The notes below the pieces were generated by a model, which worked only from the letters and a program-made list of their open reading frames with translations, was not told where the DNA came from and did no database searches. From assembly GCA_044343545.1 (NCBI GenBank), contig JAWBZR010000004.1, positions 1-51,027 of the forward strand: DNA of 51,027 nt, read 5' to 3'. The position numbers and the translations under genes were made by a program. Position 1 is the first letter of the stretch; every line of letters starts with the position of its first letter. The stretch comes from Candidatus Aenigmatarchaeota archaeon. Lineage in GTDB: Archaea; Aenigmatarchaeota; Aenigmatarchaeia; CG10238-14. Shown here piece after piece: positions 1 through 7,673 of the stretch.

Positions 1-2
1 GA

Positions 3-326
3 GCACTTATAGGCATAAAAAATCCTTACGTTGAATATAGATACAAAGGTTTCCTATCAAAATACGGTCATGTGTCTCCATCAACCCTCTCTCTATTTCA
101 ATGGATAGAAGGTTTATTTTATTGGATTTTCATACTAAACGTGGGGGTAGGCGTTTTTAATCTTTTTCCATTAAAACCTTTGGACGGAGGTTTGATGTTT
201 GAAGCCGTTTGCGAGCATTTTTTCAAGAAAAAAAGCAAGCGCATAACCACAATTGTTTCAGTAACACTTTTAATCTTGATATTGTTTAACATATTCGGTC
301 CGAGTCTCTTAAAATTAATTAGCTAA
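3..326 (+). CDS. Site-2 (M50 family) intramembrane metalloprotease, C-terminal part; 5' truncated by the window edge
   Basis: Frame is open from position 3; NLFPLKPLDGG matches the M50 NxxPxxxLDG motif, flanked by hydrophobic helices. Confidence 0.85.
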   Translation, partial: ALIGIKNPYVEYRYKGFLSKYGHVSPSTLSLFQWIEGLFYWIFILNVGVGVFNLFPLKPLDGGLMFEAVCEHFFKKKSKRITTIVSVTLLILILFNIFGPSLLKLIS

Positions 327-329
327 AAT

Positions 330-1172
330 TTATGTTGGCGGAGGCAAAGCGCTTATAGATGAAGTCGCACTTACCCAATATCTATAATTTTCTACATCAA
401 CCTGCACTGGTATGTTGTCCCAACCGTTTGCCAAATTCGCATTGATGGAGCAAGAAATTTGTTTGCTTTTACCCTGTATCAAGTTAACCGTCATGTAATT
501 GCAACTATTTTCTCTATTAGGCGTGACGACTCTAATATTGAGTTGGTTGTTTAGAAGACTTCCACCACCGACATTTTGTATATCAATCGTTACTCTTAGT
601 TGTGTAGAACCTGCTCTAACAACTTTTGACGGCGCGGAAAAGCTAATGCTTATAGGACCATCTGTGTATTTTTCCATCTTAACGCCAAGTTCATTTATTT
701 TGCTTTGTTGCTCACTTGGCGGAAAACTTTTTATATAGCTATCCGTGGCAACTTTAATGGTTGCGACAGCCGAAGTTGAATAAGTGTAATAAGCTCTCAT
801 TTCAAATTCTTGATTTTCTATGCCTGTTTTGTAAGAAGGAGCAGTCACGGTCCAAACAACTTCTGCTGATTCGGCTTCAGTTTTTCTTACAGGATCAGCA
901 GGCATGAGTATAGATGGAGGAGGGCTGACTAATTGAGGAGACCAATCACCCAAGCCATAAAGCTCTACGTTTATGTCTCTAACTTCAGAGCCGCCTACAT
1001 TTTTTAAAACAGCAATTATATCCGTGGTATCTCCTGCTTCCACTTGACTTATTACAGGACCAAAAGATTCTATTATCAATCCGTTTGTTCCTCCTCCGCC
1101 TTTACTAGTTTGCGTGCAGCCAGAAAGAGAGACAATTAAAACAAGAAACAAACAAGCAAAAATTTTTTTCAT
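330..1172 (-). CDS. Secreted/lipid-anchored surface protein with Ig-like (CARDB-like) domains
   Basis: Likely start MKKIFACLFLVLIVSLSGC (lipobox-like SGC) at ATG 1172; beta-rich body with LKNVGG and IQNVGG strands. Confidence 0.65.
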   Translation of the reverse strand: MKKIFACLFLVLIVSLSGCTQTSKGGGGTNGLIIESFGPVISQVEAGDTTDIIAVLKNVGGSEVRDINVELYGLGDWSPQLVSPPPSILMPADPVRKTEAESAEVVWTVTAPSYKTGIENQEFEMRAYYTYSTSAVATIKVATDSYIKSFPPSEQQSKINELGVKMEKYTDGPISISFSAPSKVVRAGSTQLRVTIDIQNVGGGSLLNNQLNIRVVTPNRENSCNYMTVNLIQGKSKQISCSINANLANGWDNIPVQVDVENYRYWVSATSSISALPPPT

Positions 1173-1263
1173 AAAAAATATTTCCATTTCCTTATTAATA
1201 TTGTTTTTGTTTTTGATGAAAAAGCGAAGAATTATTTTTAGAATTTTTCAATAATATTAAATT

Positions 1264-1776
1264 ATGGAATTTTTCGATGTTGTAGACAAAAGGCGATCTG
1301 TGAGAAAGTTTTTAAGCAGAAAAATAGAAGAAGAAAAGTTGATGAAAATTTTCCAAACCGCAAATCTTGCGCCATCGGCAGGTAACCTTCAATCATACGA
1401 AATCTTTTTTACGAGAGACGAGAAGAAAAAACAAATGTTGGCAAAAGCTTCCTATGGACAACATTTCATTAAAGATGCAGGTACAGTCTTGATATTTTTT
1501 GCAAACCCTCTTAAATCAATGCGCGTATATGGTCAAAGAGGAAAACTCTATGCAATTCAAGATGCAACTATTTCAGCAAGTTACGTTCAATTGGCTGCAA
1601 CAGCTTTGGATTTAGGAAGTGTTTGGATAGGAGCGTTTGACACAAAAGAAGTTTCAAGTATCGTTAAAGTATCAAATGGTTTGAAGCCAATAGCTTTGAT
1701 ACCAATAGGTTATCCGGCAGAAAAACCGAAAAGAAGAGAAAGGAGAACGATTGAGGATTTGGTTAAGGAGTTTTAA
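1264..1776 (+). CDS. Nitroreductase family protein
   Basis: RRSVRKF, APSAGNLQ and LGSVWIG motifs. Confidence 0.92.
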   Translation: MEFFDVVDKRRSVRKFLSRKIEEEKLMKIFQTANLAPSAGNLQSYEIFFTRDEKKKQMLAKASYGQHFIKDAGTVLIFFANPLKSMRVYGQRGKLYAIQDATISASYVQLAATALDLGSVWIGAFDTKEVSSIVKVSNGLKPIALIPIGYPAEKPKRRERRTIEDLVKEF

Positions 1777-1777
1777 T

Positions 1778-2977
1778 TTATTCAAACAAGGGTATTTTGA
1801 ATTTTTTGCTCTTTGCCTTTTCTTCCATTTCAATCTTTTTTGCATTGGCCTTTATTAGTTCTTCAGTTTTTTGCAAGCCTTTTGCATTATTTCCTATGCC
1901 ACACGTGTTTCCAACTCCTATTATCACTATTTTTCCTTTATTTTCCGTCCTTTCAATGGCTTCATAGACCAATTCAATAGCTTCACTTGAAGCATCTAAT
2001 ATAGGTTTTAACATCGGCATTATAGCTTCTTCTTGACCCATCTTTATTATTATCGAATCGAGAGGTATGGAATTTTTCACAGCAATTTCTTCTATTTCAT
2101 ATCTTTCAACGCCAATCCCGCCCATCGCCACACCAACACCCTCTGCAACTTCCCCCGTCTTTTCACCTTCTAACTTCGCGGCAGCGTCTATGGTTATTAT
2201 TTTGGCTATCTTTTCTTTTTCTGCAATTTTTGCCAAAACTTTCCCAGGATTTCCCGTTCTACCTCCAGGACCCTTGGCTTTTATTATTATCAAATCTTTA
2301 TTCTTGTATTTTTTCCTCGCCACAACCGTCTCTTCATCAGCTTCGTAAAACTTTTCTTCACCAATAAGTTTGGCGGCAACATAAGGACCTATACCATCAC
2401 CTATGGGCCAACCGTTTGCCAAGGCCTCCGTGCCTTTGAGAAGCGATTTTGCGATTTTTTCAATAAATGGAAGTTGAAGTTGTAACAAAAATATCAAGCT
2501 AAAATTCTTTGTCTTTTTTATAGTTTCGACGTAATGTCTGACAACCTTTCTTATCATGTTCAATTCTATAGCGCCAGACAAACCCATAACAATGTTTGCC
2601 TTTTCTTCTTCATCTGCATCAGGAGCTATTTGAGATACAAAATATTTGAATCTCTTTTTTTCAAGAGTTATTATGTGATCGTATTTCTTAACTAAACCAA
2701 AAGGGTCAAGGCTTACCGGAGGAATGGCATAAAATTCCAAAAATCTTTTTATGCTCCTTCTCGTTTTCTTGTCAACATTTTTCAATTTTTTCAAAACTTC
2801 ATTCTCAGCTTTTAGTGCTATTTTATCAAGTTGCAAAAGGCTTTGCTCGAGTTTAAACAAGGTTTGCTGTATCATTATTTTCGAATATAAAGAGAAAAAC
2901 AACAACAGTATAATAATATTTATTATTTGGTCAAACACACTTCCACTTTGACCACCTATAAACATCAACACAGCCAA
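1778..2977 (-). CDS. Conserved archaeal protein, DUF1512 family
   Basis: N-terminal TM helix; PIGDGIGP, GPGGRTG, IDAAAKLEGEKTGEVAEGVGVAMGG and IGVGNT motifs; start may be ATG 2965. Confidence 0.8.
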   Translation of the reverse strand: MAVLMFIGGQSGSVFDQIINIIILLLFFSLYSKIMIQQTLFKLEQSLLQLDKIALKAENEVLKKLKNVDKKTRRSIKRFLEFYAIPPVSLDPFGLVKKYDHIITLEKKRFKYFVSQIAPDADEEEKANIVMGLSGAIELNMIRKVVRHYVETIKKTKNFSLIFLLQLQLPFIEKIAKSLLKGTEALANGWPIGDGIGPYVAAKLIGEEKFYEADEETVVARKKYKNKDLIIIKAKGPGGRTGNPGKVLAKIAEKEKIAKIITIDAAAKLEGEKTGEVAEGVGVAMGGIGVERYEIEEIAVKNSIPLDSIIIKMGQEEAIMPMLKPILDASSEAIELVYEAIERTENKGKIVIIGVGNTCGIGNNAKGLQKTEELIKANAKKIEMEEKAKSKKFKIPLFE

Positions 2978-3063
2978 ATAAATGCACCTTCTTTCAAATT
3001 AGGTAAAATAACCTTATATAAATATATTGTTATTTTACAATAAAATTAAATGGTTGGTTTTAT

Positions 3064-3759
3064 ATGGAAAAAGGAAAAATTCTTACTGTCTTGTTTGCTG
3101 TTTTTATATTGGTTGCATTATTTCTGGCATCTCCAAGGGGCAAAAAATTTCTTGAAGAATCGAAGTTGAAAGATAAATTGAGTTTTATTGGAAACTTTTT
3201 CAAAAGCCTTAGTGGCAGATTAAGTTCAGTGAAACATACAAAATCGGAAAAAATAGATATGAAACTTAATAGCGTAAACAAGTTGTACTTGGATAAGCAA
3301 GAGTTTAGTTTAAGTAATTCACAAATTTTTATTAGTTTAAAGCCAGACTCAGCAGATCTTAATGGCATGTCTTTATCTTTCAAAGATCAAGTTCAAATTT
3401 CATCCTACAGTTTTAATGGCAATCTTGCTTATAATCAAGACAAAATAGTGTTGCAAGGAAAGGTAAATGATGTATGCATAGACAATCTTTGCTTCAACAA
3501 AACTGATATTTCCTTCAATCTTGTGGGTAAAGCAGAGAAATATAAAATAACCAATGCGAAGAAAAGTTTGCTTGCTTTTAATGAAATAACAGGTACTCTA
3601 AGTTGGTCTGGATTGAAAACACCCGCTACGCTAGAAAAGGATAAATTGGAATTGTACGATTTCGAAGGCAGCATAGAAGAAAAGAACAGCTTGGTTTACT
3701 TCGAAGGCAAGGTAGCTTACATGAAGTTGAATAACGTTCCCATAGGTATATCAACTTAA
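3064..3759 (+). CDS. Hypothetical membrane-anchored protein
   Basis: 231-aa ORF with an N-terminal hydrophobic helix and beta-rich remainder; TATA-like element upstream. Confidence 0.6.
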   Translation: MEKGKILTVLFAVFILVALFLASPRGKKFLEESKLKDKLSFIGNFFKSLSGRLSSVKHTKSEKIDMKLNSVNKLYLDKQEFSLSNSQIFISLKPDSADLNGMSLSFKDQVQISSYSFNGNLAYNQDKIVLQGKVNDVCIDNLCFNKTDISFNLVGKAEKYKITNAKKSLLAFNEITGTLSWSGLKTPATLEKDKLELYDFEGSIEEKNSLVYFEGKVAYMKLNNVPIGIST

Positions 3760-4838
3760 AAAGGCCTACCTTCTCTCCTCAGCCTCGAAAGTATAGAAAT
3801 ATTTCCCGCTTTGTTTATTAAATCCCAATAAAAATTTTCCAAATCTTCCAACCTTAACTTCGCCCTTTGATCCGCTTCTATTAATATGGCAGGTAATCCG
3901 TATGTTGCGTTACCACTCGTAGCTATCAAGAAGCTGGAAATTTTGTTAGCAATCTCAATAGCATCCTTGTTTGCTATAAAGTCGACCCTTAGAGGTCTGT
4001 CAAACTCTACAGTTCTCACATAAAAACTCATAAATTCATTTGCCTTTACACCAAATTCTCTTATTATTGGATGATGTTGCGGATCGCATGTGTAATTGAA
4101 TATGCAAGTTCTTTCCCCTTTTTTCAGCATATAATATAGTAGGTTACTGTCTCTTGACTTGCTTATTATTTCAACGCTTTCCTTGGGTAGTTTTTCCGGA
4201 ATCAAGCCAAAAATTCTTCTGATCAGTATGTCGCAAAATTTATTGCCTCTACTATCTTCCACCACCCCAGATACTATTGCATTTTTACTCTTTTCAAAAA
4301 ATTCCTTGTATTTTTTAATCAACATCTTATAAAATTTCCTCGCAAACTCATTTTCCGGCTTTGTAATGTAATGAGGTATAACCGAGCCATCTAGCAAGAT
4401 CATATCCGGCTCAAATTTTTCTACGCATTCTATCGCCGTTTCTATTTCCTTTATCTGTCTTATGAAATTGTAACAGTAAGCCAAGTCAATTTCTGAAAGG
4501 GCCTCTATTATAGTCCTTCTATCTGGCTCCGGAAAGCTCGAAGGATGATAGTCGATCTTTTCAAGTTTTTTGTTCTTGTAAACAAAATTCACACCAACTG
4601 CTCTATATACGAGCAAATCCAAGCCATGCAAGCTTGCTTTAATTATACCCCCATCTATTCCGACGATGTTGCCATCTCTAAATTCCTCATTAACCGGAAT
4701 TATGAGCTTTCTTTCAGGTATTTCTTCGTTTGGGTCTATAAAAATACTTTCATTTATTCTTCTCACTTCTTTGCTAACGATTTCCTTTACTTCTTCAACC
4801 TTTCTTAGCCTATTCACTATATGCTCAAATTGTTCCAT
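3756..4838 (-). CDS. nurA: NurA-family 5'-3' nuclease
   Basis: IVGIDGG, ILLDGS, GVVEDS and GLPAILIEADQRAK motifs of the NurA RNase H-like fold. Confidence 0.85.
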   Translation of the reverse strand: MEQFEHIVNRLRKVEEVKEIVSKEVRRINESIFIDPNEEIPERKLIIPVNEEFRDGNIVGIDGGIIKASLHGLDLLVYRAVGVNFVYKNKKLEKIDYHPSSFPEPDRRTIIEALSEIDLAYCYNFIRQIKEIETAIECVEKFEPDMILLDGSVIPHYITKPENEFARKFYKMLIKKYKEFFEKSKNAIVSGVVEDSRGNKFCDILIRRIFGLIPEKLPKESVEIISKSRDSNLLYYMLKKGERTCIFNYTCDPQHHPIIREFGVKANEFMSFYVRTVEFDRPLRVDFIANKDAIEIANKISSFLIATSGNATYGLPAILIEADQRAKLRLEDLENFYWDLINKAGNISILSRLRREGRPF

Positions 4839-4865
4839 AGAATTATTCTTTGGATTTTCAAGTAT

Positions 4866-5024
4866 TTAGCCATAAAACTTGAGTATAATTTCCAAAACAA
4901 TCAAAGCTATGCTAAAATAAATCACATATTCTGGCTTTATTTTTATACTCTCTTTTGGTTCTTCCGGATATCTTGCTATGCCAGCCATGCCACTAGGCAT
5001 TCTAACTTGATTCTTTTTCGTCAT
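4866..5024 (-). CDS. secG: Preprotein translocase subunit Sec61beta/SecG (52 aa; absent from the ORF track)
   Basis: Manual translation MTKKNQVRMPSGMAGIARYPEEPKESIKIKPEYVIYFSIALIVLEIILKFYG: typical AG-I-x-RY...KIxP followed by a single C-terminal TM helix. Confidence 0.88.
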   Translation of the reverse strand: MTKKNQVRMPSGMAGIARYPEEPKESIKIKPEYVIYFSIALIVLEIILKFYG

Positions 5025-5066
5025 CGTCACTCACTGCAATTAATATTGTGTAAATAAAAGTATAAA

Positions 5067-5318
5067 AAGGGTGTGTTGGCATAGCCCATCTTTTGTTCAA
5101 GATAGCATCCGTCTAAGCGCCAATGCTTGCATCTCATCGACCCTCCAGTCCGTTTCATCCTTTGTTGCCGGACGTCTTTTGCATTCATTCCATATCGGCA
5201 ACAAGGTCTCGTTTCTGAGACTGGAGAGGCAGCTCTCACCGCCTTTTAATCTCGATGGATGGAACTTCCTCACCTCTCTTTCGATGGAGAGGCGAAGCTA
5301 TCGTGCCAACTCACCCTT
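5067..5318 (-). ncRNA. rnpB: RNase P RNA, compact (~250 nt)
   Basis: Terminal P1 helix AAGGGUGAGUUGGC/GCCAACACACCCUU; conserved P4 strands GAGGAAGUUCCAUC and AACAAAAGAUGGGCUAU; internal GAAACG and GAUGCAAG; TTTATTAA box about 24 nt upstream. Confidence 0.9.
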
Positions 5319-5376
5319 GAAGTAAAATTTGTATGCAAATTTAATAAATTTTTTGATTCAAAACCAAGCAAAGACT

Positions 5377-5459
5377 AGCCTCAGGCGGGGATCGAACCCG
5401 CGACCTATCGCTTTCACTCCCTTACGAGGCGATCGCTCTACCAGCTGAGCTACTGAGGC
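5377..5459 (-). tRNA. tRNA-Thr(CGT) with a 10-nt insertion (intron) in the anticodon loop
   Basis: Acceptor GCCTCAG/CTGAGGC with discriminator U; D-arm GCTC/GAGC; anticodon stem ATCGC/GCGAT enclosing a 17-nt loop CTCGTAAGGGAGTGAAA; T-arm GCGGG-TTCGATC-CCCGC; no encoded CCA. Confidence 0.9.
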
Positions 5460-5524
5460 CTTAAAAGTTTAATAAATTCCAACTACATATAAATATAACA
5501 CTTTTGACTTTCTTGGGGTTTTTT

Positions 5525-6517
5525 ATGTCAATGCAGGAAACAATGTTTTGGACAAAGGAAGGTAAAAAATTAAGATGCAGCCTTTGCTCTTTTAGCTGTT
5601 TGATGGATAATGGCGAGATAGGAAGATGTAGGATGAGGTACAATGAAAAAGGCATTTTGAAAACAAAAAATTATGGCAAGATAAAAGATATGCAAAAATT
5701 TTCTATAGAAACACTTCCAATGTATCACTTTTATCCAGGTAATGATGTGATGCTCATATCAACGCTTGGCACTAATATCGAGTGGAAAACACCTTTCGAA
5801 GAAAAAACCAAAGGCAATAAAATCAAAGTAGAAAATCTCATAAAAGAAATAAATTCAAGCAAAACAAAGTTAATCGCCTTTAATGAAGGAGAACCAATTA
5901 TATCTTTTGAAACGGTTTTCAAGATAGTGAGGTTGGCTAAAAGGTACAACATAAAAACTATATTGATAACCAATGGGTTTATCAGTTCCGAGCCGATAAA
6001 AAAAATAGGAAAATATCTGGATGGAGCTTTGATAAAAATAATAGCCTCAGCTGATGAAAAATTTTATCGAGAGTATTTGAATGTGGAAGACACGCAACCT
6101 TTATTTGACACAATGAAAAATTTCAAAAAACATAGAGTGTTTGTCGAAGTGACGAATACGATAATTCCAGAAATTGGCGAGGATGAGCAAAGCCACGCAC
6201 ATCTCGTCGATTGGCTCATAAACAATTTAGATTCAAGTGTGCCATATCATTTGATAAAATTTGAACCTTTTGGTAAATTTGAAAATATCCCCGAAACACC
6301 GCCAGAATTGTTCGAAAAGTTTGTTTTTGAAGCGGAAAAGAGCGGTTTGAGGTACGTGTATGTTCAAGATCCTTCAGTTGCGGGATATAATACAACTTAT
6401 TGTTACAACTGTAGATATCCTCTCATAGAAAGATTGGGCAATGCAATAATGGAAAATAGATTAGATGGAGATAGGTGCCCTAGTTGCGGCTTTAAGATAA
6501 ATCTTTTAATAGAATAG
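5525..6517 (+). CDS. AmmeMemoRadiSam/PflX-like radical SAM homolog with a degenerate Fe-S motif
   Basis: N-terminal CSLCSFSC...GRCRMR, IETLPMYHFYPG, NEGEP, LITNGF, C-terminal CYNC...CPSC; the CxxxCxxC position reads TNIEWKTP. Confidence 0.8.
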   Translation: MSMQETMFWTKEGKKLRCSLCSFSCLMDNGEIGRCRMRYNEKGILKTKNYGKIKDMQKFSIETLPMYHFYPGNDVMLISTLGTNIEWKTPFEEKTKGNKIKVENLIKEINSSKTKLIAFNEGEPIISFETVFKIVRLAKRYNIKTILITNGFISSEPIKKIGKYLDGALIKIIASADEKFYREYLNVEDTQPLFDTMKNFKKHRVFVEVTNTIIPEIGEDEQSHAHLVDWLINNLDSSVPYHLIKFEPFGKFENIPETPPELFEKFVFEAEKSGLRYVYVQDPSVAGYNTTYCYNCRYPLIERLGNAIMENRLDGDRCPSCGFKINLLIE

Positions 6518-6548
6518 ATTTTATTTTAAAAAAGAAAAAAATATTTTT

Positions 6549-7436
6549 ATGGGCTTTTTGAAACGTTTCATTATCATAACATTATTGCTATTGCCACTAT
6601 GCTCATCTGAAACCATAGTTGATATGAATGTTAATATTTATTTGATGGATGGAGATGCACGAATAGACATGTTTTATTCTTCCAAGCTAAAATTTTTGGA
6701 AATGCCTGTTTTTGGTGAAATTTCTGAATTGAGATCTGAAAACGCTACGTGCACGATTGTTAGTAAAGTTCAAAAAACAATTCGATGCAATTCTGAAGAT
6801 AGTTTTATGATTTCTTTCAAACTTAAAAATGCGGTGAAACAAAAGGATGGTGTTTTCTTCTTTAGTTACGATATTCCAATTTTATATACTGCAAAAAAAA
6901 TAAATGTGATGTTAGAAATGCCTTTGGGATACGCCCTTTCCGACAAGGTGGTTTCACCCATTTCCCCTCCTAATACCGAGATTGGCACAGATGGTAGAAA
7001 AATATTTATAAGGTGGGAATTTAAAAATAAGGAAGCTGATGACATAATACCTTTGAGAGTTTATTTCGAGAAAACATCATCTTCTATTCAATCAAAATAT
7101 TATGGCATAATAGTTTCTGTAATTTCTTCATTATTGATAATTCTTTTAGTTCTTTATCTTCGTCTAATAAAAAGAAAACCAGAGTTGGTGCTTTCAGTTC
7201 TCAACGAAGCTGAAAGAATTATTGTGGAGATATTGCAAAATCAGCCAGGCGAGGAAATAGATCAAAACAAACTTGTTACCATTTCTGGTTTTTCCAAAGC
7301 TAAGGTTAGTAGGATTATTAAAAGTCTTGAAGAAAGAGGAGTGGTTGAGAGTATTAGGTATGGGAGAAAAAATAAAATAATTTTGAAGAAAAAGTTTGTG
7401 AAGGAGGCCACCGAACAATCTGAAAATAAAAATTGA
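6549..7436 (+). CDS. Membrane-anchored winged-helix transcriptional regulator (COG2512-like)
   Basis: Signal peptide, extracellular beta domain, TM helix, C-terminal wHTH (QNKLVTISGFSKAKVSRIIKSLEERGVV...GRKNKI). Confidence 0.8.
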   Translation: MGFLKRFIIITLLLLPLCSSETIVDMNVNIYLMDGDARIDMFYSSKLKFLEMPVFGEISELRSENATCTIVSKVQKTIRCNSEDSFMISFKLKNAVKQKDGVFFFSYDIPILYTAKKINVMLEMPLGYALSDKVVSPISPPNTEIGTDGRKIFIRWEFKNKEADDIIPLRVYFEKTSSSIQSKYYGIIVSVISSLLIILLVLYLRLIKRKPELVLSVLNEAERIIVEILQNQPGEEIDQNKLVTISGFSKAKVSRIIKSLEERGVVESIRYGRKNKIILKKKFVKEATEQSENKN

Positions 7437-7557
7437 ATTATTTTGACTTTTTAAGTTAATTAGAAAATTATTTTAGCTTTTGGAACAATTTTTTTGAGGA
7501 AAATTTGTTTTTTAACTTAAAATAATCTTTAAAAAACATAGAAAATTTTAATTAGAA

Positions 7558-7581
7558 ATTGTTTCACGCAATGTTTAAATA
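7558..7581 (+). promoter_or_regulatory. S-layer gene promoter: ATTGTTTCA element plus TATA box TTTAAATA
   Basis: TTTAAATA at 7574-7581; ATTGTTTCA at 7558-7566, also found before the TATA box at 32645. Confidence 0.5.
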
Positions 7582-7609
7582 CCTCTTTAGTCGATATATG
7601 TAACAGAAG

Positions 7610-7649
7610 AATAGGCTGTAGAGCCTATTTGCCACTTGAAAAAGTGGTA
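7610..7649 (+). promoter_or_regulatory. Tandem stem-loops in the S-layer mRNA leader
   Basis: AATAGGCT-GTAG-AGCCTATT (perfect 8 bp) directly followed by TGCCACTT-GAAA-AAGTGGTA (8 bp with one G-U, GNRA loop); GGTGA at 7661-7665. Confidence 0.7.
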
Positions 7650-7673
7650 AATAAATATAAGGTGAAATAAAAA

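Noticed and set aside
3756-4838. NurA as partner of the HerA-like domain in the giant protein
   Set aside because: The genes are 34 kb apart. The ATPase lacks the HAS barrel through which HerA binds NurA and is membrane-tethered; nothing in the sequence links them.
5027-5325. ORF-track ORFs 5027-5239 and 5071-5325
   Set aside because: Shadow ORFs over the GC-richer RNase P RNA; no protein features.
5412-5428. Alternative splicing giving a TGA (Ser) anticodon by removing CGTAAGGGAG
   Set aside because: The body has a short variable loop, G1-C72/C2-G71 and U73 typical of Thr. tRNA-Ser needs a long variable arm.
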